This document shows positions 13,083 to 23,785 of a DNA stretch of 64,000 bases, piece after piece. The translations under genes were made by a program, and so were the position numbers. Origin of the DNA: Neoechinorhynchus agilis (lineage: Eukaryota; Animalia; Acanthocephala); the NCBI GenBank assembly GCA_051530055.1, contig CM121341.1:2718151-2782150 (forward strand), read 5' to 3'. Within the stretch, counting starts at the first letter, position 1, and each line of letters opens with the position of its first letter. The notes below the pieces were generated by a model that saw nothing but the letters and a program-made list of their open reading frames with translations, had not been told where the DNA came from and ran no database searches.

Positions 13083-13640
13083 AATTAACCAACCAAAATC
13101 AAATAAACCAAAATCAACCGACATACCAAAAACAATTTCTACCAACCATTGGCCATAGTCAACTTACCTAAGAAAAAATTCTTCGGACCTCTCAACGAAT
13201 CCTAACGTAGTCCGAAATCAATCTATTGCAACATTGGGTAGTTCATGAGGACTCCTTCTGCGAACTTCGAGTGCTCACGAGGACCCAAAGATACACGGAT
13301 CCTTTTCTTTGTTAATTATCAAATTTAGTTGGCTTCAGGATTAAAATTTGAAGCAACTAATAGCCGATATATTGATCGAAATTACGGTTGGGATTCACAA
13401 CAAGAAAATGTCTGTTATCAAACGCGGCCAGCAGCGTAAACTAAAGAGAAATTCGAAAAGTAATAAAAGTCGTTTGGGAAATAAGCTAAAATCTAAATAG
13501 ATCAAAGTACGCCCGAGCTCGTTTAAAATCATTCGGAAAAAGAGCTCAGAGACGCGGTTTTCAAATTTTCGAAACAAAGTGCGCTGTGGATTCAACGCTT
13601 AGAGCGAAAAACCGTGTTAAAACGAAGCGCGCTTGCTCTG

Positions 13641-14510
13641 ATGGACTACATCGAGGCGTAAACTTTTTGAGATTTATACAACGAAGTTGAAGAGTCAAAA
13701 TCTGTCAAGTTTGCACCAAAAAATGACGATCGACGTTAAAAAATTATAAGCGCGTTTCTTTCGTTTTTTCATGGTTTTTCGCTTTCAGCGTCGAATCGAC
13801 GGCGCACGTTGTTTCGGAATTTTGGAGATGCGTCTTCGTGCTCTTCTCGTGAATGATTTCAAACGAGCTCGGGCTAATCGATTTCTCAAGCTAAGGATGT
13901 AAGTAAATTCATAAAAGTTCAATTGGATTTTCACTAACGTTTTGATGATTCTCCTTAACTGAGCGGATATTAACGCTTAATATTTTTAATTTTATAATTT
14001 TTCAGAATTACGATACTTTATGAACGAGAAGTCCTTTTGACATTGCAATCGTGGACCATTTGGACTTTGGCTTATAATAGCAGACTTTTTCTTGTTGTAA
14101 TGAATCTCAACTGTAATTTCGGTTACTATCGCAGCGCTTAGTTGCTCCAAATTTTAATCCTAAATCAACCTTAAGTTACACATTAAACCTTGGATCAAAT
14201 GTTGATAGCCAAACTTCAGCATTCGCCGATCCAAGTTGATTCAACTGCCGGCGATTTATAAATCCCGCACCTCGAAGACCGGAAAATAAGCTTTGCTCAT
14301 CGCTAAGATACTGATCAAGGCGGGACATTCAAACGTAACTGAATTCCCTTGAAAGCTTTCTAATGCAACAGCAGTATTTTGCAATATTCCCCATGGTATC
14401 AACAAACTTTGCATCGTTCGTCTTTATTATACAGACCAATTGAAACTGGTCCCTTATTTGCGGGAACTTGAAATGATGTCAGAATTAAAAGCAGGCCTGC
14501 CATGGACTGC
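13641..14510. repeat. Duplicated block D, second copy 35161-36030
   Basis: Near-identical over about 870 bp. In the 36 kb copy it is joined by deletion to sequence matching 14737-14760. Confidence 0.95.
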
Positions 14511-14769
14511 TTTCAAAGGTATCTGTATGACCAATGGTAATTTTGGCGCCGCCTGTATCACCGACCAGCTGAAACTAGTTGATTCCCCATGAAAACGAAG
14601 TTTTTAAAATGTTGAATCTTAGAAGACAACCTCAAATGTGCCCAAAATGTTAATTTCAAGAAATTTAACATCCATTGTCCTTAATTAAATCTATGCTTGC
14701 ATTCAAGGATTTCCTTCCTTGTCGTTAGTTTTTTCCTCCAACTTTTAGGCTTCCATGATAACAACAACA

Positions 14770-15270
14770 ATTTATTCGGAAAGGCGTACCAAAAATCCTA
14801 CGCTGTCACATTAGCTTTGGCAAATTATAGGCCTATCCACTGGTTGGATTGTTTGACCCGGTCAGTTAAGAGAATGCACTCAAAGGGCAGTCTTGACAGA
14901 ATATTCAAGAATACACAACGGAATTTCAGGCGTTGTTCTAGGGCCTTCCTCTGGAATAAGACTTGGCCTGATATGGCCCAACAGCACTATGTGACTTTGG
15001 ATATCTTGTCGCTAAGCCCAATTCGAGCGGCGCAACTGGCTTTAGCTCTGGCTGTTATCAAAAGTTTTTTCATTTTAGTTATATCGGAGGCGGACGAGAG
15101 GTTATTTTTGATAGTATAACCCAGGCAAAAATTATAATGGATTTTTCTTGAGCGCTGTCATGGTTTTCTGCCAGGGAAATCTGTGCATACGGCGATTGCC
15201 CAAATAATAGCTAATTTTTTCAATTACCCAATGTCAACTAACATTCTTATAGCTTTCGACATTTAAAAAT
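14770..15270 (+). mobile_element. APE-RT LINE family X, RT-region fragment
   Basis: ERCHGFLPGKSVHTAIAQIIANFFNYPMSTNILIAFDI matches 32820-32950 (RCHGFLPERSVHTAFKEILDNF) and 44570-44670. Confidence 0.75.
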
Positions 15271-15299
15271 TTAGTCTTCTTCGCACGTGCTCGCACATA

Positions 15300-15880
15300 A
15301 TTAGATTCTTTGATGACCACTGAAAGGTCGTCGGCTTAAATAGTTATGCCACGGCAAATCGGCAGTTCGAGCAGTACCGTTTCCCTTTGTCGCATTTGGT
15401 GCTGTAGTGGTCCTAACCCCAATATGCGCATATCATAACTTTAGAAGGGCACTTTTTCTCCCAATGACCCCAACATTGGCACAAACTGCAACAAGGGGAA
15501 TTTTAGTCGTCGAGATGTGATATCTCGTTTGTGGCGAACTTAATCTCCATGGATTTAAAAAACACCGTTCATTGCATAGCGCGTTCCTCCATTCGACCGC
15601 AGTTTTGACTATCGCCTAGGGGATAAATTTACCTCTTCTCGTCGATTAGAGGAAAAAAAATAGCTTGACGCCGAATTTGTCATCAAAGGCCTTGTCCGAA
15701 TCATCGATGTCTGGGGAGAGACCGGCGACCATGAAGGTCCCATCCAAGGTCGCAATTTTTCTTGACGAAAGCTTGGTAAGCCTTCGCATTATCCGCTGCA
15801 ATAAATATGATCTTTAATTTTTCTCCGTAATAGATGATGGACCATACCCGATGAAAGACTGTAGTGACAGCAACTACAGC
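15300..15880 (-). mobile_element. APE-RT LINE family X, ORF1 fragment with three CCHC knuckles
   Basis: IIYYGEKLKI and, in a shifted frame, FMVAGLSPDIDDSDKAFDDKFGVKLF match the ORF1s at 38929-39567 and 42103-42381. Followed by CSLCQCWGHWEKKC, CAYxGxDHYSTKC and CSNC. Confidence 0.75.
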
Positions 15881-16867
15881 TACATTGCTCTGGCTCATTG
15901 GCGCTGTCAAATCCAGATACTGATCGAGGTCAGTTCTTGTAAAACTTGACCGGAACTGCGAAAATAGACTTTCGATCGAAACATCTTCTAAATTCAAGTT
16001 CAAAGTAACGCCCCATCCGTCATGGCGGGAGCATCCGAATAAGGTCATGACTTCGACAATTGCTTGCTTGTCTTTCGTACGAATGGGTGGAATCTGAAGA
16101 AAGTCAGGTACATTTCCCATTTCCACATTGTTTACTGTCGCCGGTAAATCTGGTAACTTAGCGCGAACTCTCGACAGAATAGCTGTATGTAACTGGTCCA
16201 ACGTCGAGTGTTGGTAACATGCGCTTATCATTCCCAACATTAGTGGGTCGTTTACCATAGTTTAGGATACCTTTCTAACCTCAATGTTGTGGCATTATCT
16301 CGATAGAGCCACTCAATATTAACCGGTTTTTGTTTCTTGACAATAACATAATCATTCGTTTTGACGGGTCTCAGTGCCGAGATCATTGAATACACGTTTG
16401 GAGTAGCGATTTTCGACGTTTTCGACTAAACCGTGTTCATTCTCGGAAACTGTCTGGACGTAAAGTCCGATTGCAAGCGATTCGATTATTCTGGCAGCAG
16501 GAAGGTTCACTGCTGAATTGTCGATTCCGTTTGGCGCAATGTAAGGGAGGAAGGTAGGCGCACCGGACAGATAATCGAGACTGACATATGTTGCACCGAA
16601 GCGTTCAATGACCGATAGCTCTCTACTGGTATTTTCAAGCTTCTTTGAAATGGAGTGGGTGGCTTTTTTACTGACATTTAATGCTTGAATGTTTTGTGAC
16701 GTTCTGCTAAGTACTCTTCGTCGGAAACTGCTTCTTGCTCGTCCTGGAGATGGACCGTAATATTCTGGAGGTCCGAATGAACTTTTGTATTCATCGCTAT
16801 TTAGGACTTGAGCATTTCTCATCTCACGATAGTTGTCTTGCAGTAACTGGCGCTTTTCATTAACCAT
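15880..16867 (-). pseudogene. Unidentified intronless coding remnant (about 330 codons, two frameshifts) fused to LINE X ORF1
   Basis: ORFs 16352-16867 and 15701-16258 are bridged by an open frame (KTNDYVIVKKQKPVNIEWLYRDNATTLRLERYPKL). No recognised domain. Confidence 0.4.
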
Positions 16868-17039
16868 GTTGTAATGAAAAGAAAGTAGTCAATCAATATG
16901 TGTAGGAGCACAATATAACTGATGACTGGTTACAAATTGGTTAGAGCGAAGCTCTTCTCTGGGTTGTACAGGATTCGCTTGAATCGTTATCATATTGAGC
17001 CATCTTTTAGAAGACACCTCCACGAAATGCTTAGTTTAT

Positions 17040-20010
17040 TAGATATAAACATGTTTTATTTATGTAAGAAATGCACGATCCACACACTTGCCAGCATCTA
17101 TCTTTGCTGAAGGTGTCTGGATGTCGGATGTTGACGGCAAGGGAGGTGGGACTTGTTTTTGAAGGTGTGTTAATGTGCGATCCGAGGCTTTGTACAGGAG
17201 ATGACCCATTGGGAGTCTTTCTTTGTGGTCGAAGTAAATTGTGGAGGGGGTTCAAGAAGACGTAGGGCGTTTTTGGAGAAAATGGAGTGGAGGTGGGCGT
17301 CGAGGGGAGGGGAGTGAAGTCCCGCATATTTTAGCTGCTCTCTTGTGGAAGGTTGGCCTTCCGCAATAATAAAAGTAACAATTTCTTAAGAGGTTTTGAT
17401 GTATTCCAATTGAGTCCACTATACTTCCTCTGCGCATCATTAGAGTTTCGACGGTTGGTGATAACTGGCAGATATGATCTGACTCCGGCCTGAAGACTAC
17501 TGTTAGACTTTGATGTGTAACAGATCTTTCCCGTGCAAGACGCATCTCTTTCCCAAGGAATGATTATAACCCCATGCTCTAAGTCGTATGGTAGTCTAAT
17601 ATCAGTTGATTTTATTGATTCAGTGATGTTTTCCTTTGTTCTCATGTAAGCACAATCAGGCTCCGGCCATGATTTGTCATAAATATTGGGGTCTACTCTC
17701 CCATTTATAAGTTCAAACACTTCCCTGAGAATACTCTCTGTGGATTAGATTGATATGATATCGTCTTAATTTCTAATAAATTTACCTTACATGTGGTTGT
17801 CAGTGTGAACTTCTTGATAACTTTCGCATTTTCAGAATGGATACAAAAGCCTTTGGCATACATTGAAACATTCACATATCCACCGTCTATTCGGCCTTTT
17901 GTAATTCTAGGTTGACCTCCGAAACAACTAATCATAGATGGGGGATAATAGCCCATGGCTCGATGATGTCGGTAGGGATAAAAACTCTTGTGATAGCCAT
18001 GGTAGATGAAAACATTGCAATTAAAACCAGGCAAGACAAATTCATTGATGCGAGGAAAGTGGGGAAAGCTTATGTGAGGATAGGAAGGATGGCAGAAAGA
18101 TAAAAGTGGGCAAGGTGTTTAGGGGATACGCCGAGACGCCGGAGGAGTTTGAGAAGGTAAAGACGATGGTTTGTTTTAGAGAGTGTAAATGAAATGTGGG
18201 CATCCCATTTAAGGTTTTCTTGTAAAATCACGCCCAGAATTCGGAGAGAAGAGGAGCGTTGGATGGGGATAGGGAGAGGTTTGGAAATGTGGGGGACAAG
18301 CTCAAAAGATTTGGATAAATTTAGGGAGAGGTTTAGGGTGGAGGGCGAGGAAATGAGATGGTTGAGCTCGTCCATGGTAGTGGAGAGGGAGAGAGACGGA
18401 GATGCGATGATAATGACTGTGAGGTCATCTGCATAAAGAAAATTTTTGATAGAGGGAGCGAGGGGGTGGAAGTCATTTAGAAAAATGTCAAAGGGAGAAG
18501 GGAAAGTACGGTGCCTTGGGGAACCCCTTTAAATATGGGCAGAGGAGGAACAAGAAGTTCCATATTGGATATATTGTTCGCGGTTGGAGAGGAAAGAGGA
18601 AATCCAAGCGAGTTGCCAGGTTTGGAGGCCAAATGAAGCACATGATTGGAAGAGAAGGGAGTAATCGACAGACTCGAACGCCCTGGAAATATCCAGTTGC
18701 ACGAGACGGACGGTTCATGCTGCTTTTTGTCAGTGTGGAGTGGAGGGAGGGGTAAGCAGGATTACCTGACCGGAAAGCTTTGGTGACCTGCATTTGAAGG
18801 GTTTTTAGAAAAGGCGAGAACCATGGAGGGTCGCGGTTCGAGATTCGTATTGTTTTGCGAGGAAAGGAGGCCTTCATCGCAGATTCTATTAGATTTGACA
18901 AAAAGCCCGTCGCAATCGAGGAGTCGGTGCCAAAGATGGTAGAGCGGTCTTGTGTGATAAGAGAATCGACACATACAGCAAAGGCGTGGGTATGATGATA
19001 ACGTTTACCCAGACCACGTAGGGATCGGAAAAGGAACGTTTTTGAGGTAATGAGGGGGAGAGAAGGATAGAACAATGGTCAGACAAGGCGATCGGGGGAG
19101 TTTGGTGGTGTAGGAGTATTGCCTGATGTTTGAGAAAATTTTATCAGGGCGGGAGGAGAAGCGTGTGGGGAAAGTAACGATTTGGGAGAGATGAGAGAGC
19201 GAGGGCGTGATCGGCAGTTTGTTAAAATCGCCCAATATGATGAAGTGATCTGAGGAAGTGGAAAGTATGTCAGTAAATAGGTGGTCTATTTGTTGAAGTC
19301 TGTTGGGGATGATTGAGGATGGAGGGCGATAAAGGCCAGCAATGGAGATCTCACGTTGGCCATTGCGGAGGGGGAGATGAAGTTGGATGTGTTGCCATTC
19401 AAGATCGTCTGAGATGAAAAGGTAGGTGAACAGCAATGGTATGGGAGAGAGGCGCGGATGAAGATCGATATGCCTCCCCCGTTTCGGAAGTCCTTCGTGA
19501 GGTGAAAAGCTTGAAAGTTTGGAAGGAAGGCAGATAATTTGCTATGGGGTGAGAGTCATGTTTCCGTAATTACAAGGATGTCGGCGTTGCAAGAAGAGGC
19601 AACTACATGGAGCTCATCCAGTTTGGGGAGGAGGCTGCGGATGCTACAATAAAAGATTATTGGAAAGGGATGTTTAGAAGGGACAGGAGGAATGGACACT
19701 GACGGAGAGGGTTGAAGCTGCGCAGTGAGAGAAGGGATGGGAGTTGACTGATGGGGTAGTTCGGGGGCTAATGGATTCGCGGGTAATGGATTCGTGGGTG
19801 GACACTGTAGTAAGGGGTGATTTGAGTGTAGAGACCATAGGGGTGGGAACTGTGCATGCGGGATGAACTCGGGGGGAAGGAGGATATTGGGAGTTGAAGA
19901 GGTGGTGGTAAGAGGTGAGGTAGTGTGAGCATCCAAGGTATTTTTCTGAGAAAGTGACTCCGGATGTCAGGAGGCACAGGGATTCACAGGACATTGGATG
20001 GCCGTATGCC
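17040..20010 (-). mobile_element. L2/CR1-like LINE (APE + RT, degenerate), interrupted at 17354-18045
   Basis: APE motifs SIRSLLPKLDEL...VITET, GLYRPP, ILGDFN, SDH; RT thumb LRILGVILQENLKWDAHI...YLLKLLRRLG...ILPILTxAFPTFLAS; resumes with FHKRAAKICGTSLPS after the insert. Confidence 0.85.
17354..18045 (-). pseudogene. Endogenous viral element: N-terminal ~230 codons of a rhabdovirus-like glycoprotein (G), three frameshifts
   Basis: Reconstructed: MNLSCLVLIAMFSSTMA (signal peptide)-ITRVFIPTDIIEPWAIIPPSMISC...TLTTTCKVNLLEIKTISY...GKC...SWPEPDCAYM...YDLEHGVIIIPWERDASCTGKICYT/HQSLTV...HIC...RNCYFYYCGRP. The Cys spacing follows the vesiculovirus G pattern (W..VP....CP; TTC; FPPQSCGY; DEYTG..C....C.T; ACKMQYC). 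Confidence 0.8.
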
Positions 20011-20013
20011 ATG

Positions 20014-20560
20014 AATCTTTAACCGGGATTATATTCAAAAACCATTCAATTTATGAGCTTAAGCCGTAAGACTGCCAAAGCTCGGAAACAATGAAGAGTT
20101 TTTGAGCGTCTCTTTAGATATAGAAGAATATACGACGAGATATCAATATTAGATTTGATACAGAGCTATTGATGGACACGAATTAACATATTTAAAAACT
20201 TAGGGTAGGTTTCCTCTTTCGAAATATTTCATAATAAAGGAATCTTTAACCGGGATTATGTTAAAAAACCATTCAATTTATGAGCGTAAACCGTAGGGCG
20301 GCGAAAACTCGGAAATAAAGATGAATTTTTTGACCGATAAAGTCTTTTTTATTTGATGCAGAGCTGTTGATGAACCCGAACTCACATATTTAAAAATTTA
20401 CAAGAAATGATTGATGAGGCGAAGTTTCTTCTTTCGAAAAATTTCATACTAATAAAGGAATCTTTAACCGGGTGATTATGTTCACAAACCATTCAATATT
20501 TACCATACCGAAGGATTCAAGACAACTAAACAAATCCCGAAAAAGCCGTAAAGCGGCGAA
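20014..20560 (+). repeat. Degenerate tandem repeat (~225 bp, about 2.5 units) related to Penelope pseudo-LTR / hammerhead motif
   Basis: aatctttaaccggg at about 20014, 20241 and 20459. The third unit is preceded by TTGATGAG-gc-GAAG-ttt-CTTC-ttt-CGAAA at 20411-20439. Confidence 0.7.
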
Positions 20561-21061
20561 ATCTCGCGAATTAAGATTTTCTTTACACGTTTAAAAACCT
20601 TTGTTCAATACTCTTTCGGTCGGTTCAGGTGGCAAGGACCGAAAACTTGCCTTTTTATGTTTCAAACATACCATTTATAATAGTTTTAATTTCATGAGAT
20701 TATTTTAATTTTAACCAAAAAATTAATCATTTTGGAGACATGAGATCGTTCATAAAAAAAGCTAAATGGATCTGTTCAAAAAGGGCGGTAGCACAGGAAC
20801 GGTATCAAATTGATTTTTGATCAATAAAGATCTTTAAATGGTATTTTTCATGAATTCGTGCTACCTAGCGCCGAAACGCGTCATGCCCAATTGGTGATCA
20901 ATCATCCGCACATAATTGAAACTCGTGATTGCGATATCGAGACACGTGACAATCGATGATCCACTCGGCTAATCCCATATTGCGATCAAGAAATCAAGAG
21001 ATGTTTCTCATTCGCGAAATATTTCAATGCCTTCTATTCGGAGGATTATAATCGTTCTTCT

Positions 21062-21572
21062 GTCCAAGATTATTGATAACTCTCAGGCCCGCTCGGTTCT
21101 CGAAACTGGTGACTTGACTAACGTCGCCATTTTCTATTTTGGTGCAAAAGACGATTTAAATATCGCCACTTCATTTCTTCATCACTTTATGGCCTTTATT
21201 GAGTGTTCAATCTCTTATTTTTGAGGTTAAAGATGACCCTTAGGCCCGCTCGGTTCTCGAAACTGATGACTCGCTAACGTCGCCATTTTCTATTTTGGAG
21301 CAAAAGACGATTTAAATATTGCCACTTCATTTCTTCATCACTTTATGGCCTTCATTTAATGTTCAATCTCCTGTTTTTGAAATTAATGATAACTCTCAGG
21401 CCCGCTCGGTTCTCGAAACTGGTGACTCGGCTAATGTCGTCATTTTCTATTTTGGTGCAAAAGACAATTTTAATATCGCCACTTCATTTTATTATCACTT
21501 TAAGGCATTGATTGAGCGTTCGATCTCTTTTTTTCAGATTAATGATTACTCCCAGACCCGCTCGATTCTCGA
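21062..21572 (+). repeat. 156-bp tandem repeat (about 3.2 units) overlapping the kinesin start codon
   Basis: gat(a/g/t)ac.c.cag(g/a)cccgctcg recurs at 21075, 21232, 21388 and 21544. Confidence 0.95.
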
Positions 21573-23785
21573 TCTTTTGTGGACTAAGGCCACTTCCGAA
21601 TGGAGAGACTCAATCGTGTTGCACCGTTATTTCTCCGGTCTGTGTGGCACTGCATGCGCCCAACGATGTCACAGCAAAGAAGCCGCCGAAAAAGGAAATC
21701 CTTGGTTCATTTCGGAACGTCTATAAACCCGAAGACTCACAGTCTCATCGATTCAAAGACCTTTGTATTCCACTGGTTGTAGGCTTTCTTCAAGGATCCA
21801 GCTCTCTTTTATTTGCTTATGGTGTAAGCGGATCCGGAAAGACGTACACAATGGTCGGCGCTGAAAGCGATCCGGGTATTATCCCAAGATGCCTTGATGT
21901 GATATTTAATAGCATCGGCGATCGATTGAACGAGCCGTACACTATCGTCTTTAACTCACATTCAGGAGAATTCATTCGACTGACAGACGCTGAACGTATG
22001 TTGGAGCGACAAAGGAGAGAGATTTTGCCATCCATCATGAATTCCGCTAAGACTCAGCCATCAACTACAGGTCAAGGTAACAGGATCCGTGATCCGAGCC
22101 GGTTTTTTTGTGCCGGTGGAATGGAGCAGAGTCGCTTCACCCTAATTGTTTCCTATGTCGAGGTATACAACAAAAACATTCATGATCTTCTGGACGATTC
22201 GGCGTGGAGTCATCGATTGGAAGGACAATTTAAAAAGGCTTTGAGACGAGACACTCAGGGGGATGTGTTTGTAGGTGAATGCACTCACGTCGAAGTTCGA
22301 TCTTCCGATGATGCCTACGAAGTGTTTATGAAAGGAAATCAGCGACGAAAACTGTCCGAGACGATGGCCAATAGTGGTTCCACTCGTGGACATGGAGTTT
22401 TCACGGTCCACCTCGTCCGTCTCGATGATCCCGCCTATAACCATGCCGATAGAACGACGGTTGCTATCATCAGTAAGCTTTGTCTTGTTGATCTTGCAGG
22501 ATGTGAACGTCAATGCAAAGCCAAAACTACAGGACATCGATTACAAGAAGCTGGACACATAAATACGAGCTTACTTGTTCTTAGAAAATGTATTGAAGTC
22601 ATGCGGACAAATCAGAAGCAATGCGATCAAAAGCTCGTGGTTCCATACAGGGACTCGAAACTCACAATGCTTCTAAAGTACTTCTTCGAAGGACACGGAC
22701 GTACTTTTATGCTTCTTTGCATGAATCCGTCCTGTCGCGATTACGAAGAAAATGTTAGAGCTCTACAATTCGCAGAAATCACTCAGGATCTTGAGAATGT
22801 GACTGCTTCGGGCGCAACAATTGCCAAGCATGTAAATATCAAGACAAAAGATGATCCGAAGATCAATGGTGAAATGGCACCTACATCTTCATCAAGCGAA
22901 GATACATACTCGGTAAGTCAAATGGGAAATTCCATAATCAAGCGAATGGACCAGAACCTGAGGGCGTATACAAAAATTATAGATAAACTGCACTTAATTG
23001 AGCCTGAATGGAAGGCGATGTCCAAAAAAGTAAATGTATTTAGTAGAAGATTGAAAGAAAAGGAGAAAGTGGAAGCTCGACTAGCAACAGAGAATCATGT
23101 CTTGCTCAATGAGAACAGAAATCTTAAAACTAGAATTGATGAATTGCTTGTTGATTTGGACGTTCATAAGCGAAAACAGGAGTTTGTAAGCCACGAAGAT
23201 GTCACTCGAATGTGCAATGCAAATGATACAACAACCACTACTACATACAGAACAGAATACATTGTGACTCCTTGGAACTTAGAAAGTGGGATCGACAGAA
23301 CCATTACACACACTCCAAAATCAATATCTCGAATACGTGGACTACATTACAGGCATCGCAGATCAAGTTCAGGCCATGAAACTTGGATAAATCATAAGCC
23401 ACGAGACATACAAATAAAAGACCAGATCCTGCAGCCGAGGTTTAATCGACGATCAAAATCACACGATGTTTGTTCATCCCGGATGCTGGACGACCTCACT
23501 GGTCCTCATGCAGCCAATCGATATGCATTGATACATCAAGAAAAAAGTGGACGAGGAGATTTGAAAACCGAAATTCTGAAGGCCGACGTGTATCCTACCA
23601 CTACAGGCGGTGCTAAAGTAGTCTTTAAGGAAGTAGAACGTGTTCAAAGCAGCCAAAGTCTGTCGCGAAAGCGTGTTTTTTTCGATTTGTACAAGGAAAC
23701 GGAGTCTGATGATCATGTGTTGAGCACTATCACAAATGACCCGAAGATTACAAGGACTACGGGGTATGGTCACAATTTCAAATAA
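21542..23785 (+). CDS. KIF23: Kinesin-6 (MKLP1/Pavarotti-like), intronless, 747 aa
   Basis: P-loop GVSGSGKT, kinesin-6 loop-6 insertion, NSGSTRGH, DLAGCER, VPYRDSKLT, coiled coil, and an MKLP1-type tail (HRRSSSG..W.NHKP...YALIHQE...TGGAKVVF). Confidence 0.9.
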   Translation: MITPRPARFSIFCGLRPLPNGETQSCCTVISPVCVALHAPNDVTAKKPPKKEILGSFRNVYKPEDSQSHRFKDLCIPLVVGFLQGSSSLLFAYGVSGSGKTYTMVGAESDPGIIPRCLDVIFNSIGDRLNEPYTIVFNSHSGEFIRLTDAERMLERQRREILPSIMNSAKTQPSTTGQGNRIRDPSRFFCAGGMEQSRFTLIVSYVEVYNKNIHDLLDDSAWSHRLEGQFKKALRRDTQGDVFVGECTHVEVRSSDDAYEVFMKGNQRRKLSETMANSGSTRGHGVFTVHLVRLDDPAYNHADRTTVAIISKLCLVDLAGCERQCKAKTTGHRLQEAGHINTSLLVLRKCIEVMRTNQKQCDQKLVVPYRDSKLTMLLKYFFEGHGRTFMLLCMNPSCRDYEENVRALQFAEITQDLENVTASGATIAKHVNIKTKDDPKINGEMAPTSSSSEDTYSVSQMGNSIIKRMDQNLRAYTKIIDKLHLIEPEWKAMSKKVNVFSRRLKEKEKVEARLATENHVLLNENRNLKTRIDELLVDLDVHKRKQEFVSHEDVTRMCNANDTTTTTTYRTEYIVTPWNLESGIDRTITHTPKSISRIRGLHYRHRRSSSGHETWINHKPRDIQIKDQILQPRFNRRSKSHDVCSSRMLDDLTGPHAANRYALIHQEKSGRGDLKTEILKADVYPTTTGGAKVVFKEVERVQSSQSLSRKRVFFDLYKETESDDHVLSTITNDPKITRTTGYGHNFK

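Noticed and set aside
21255-21290. CGAAAC and CTGATGA in the kinesin-upstream repeat as a hammerhead
   Set aside because: Wrong spacing, with no stem II closing onto a GAAA, and CTGATGA occurs in only one unit.
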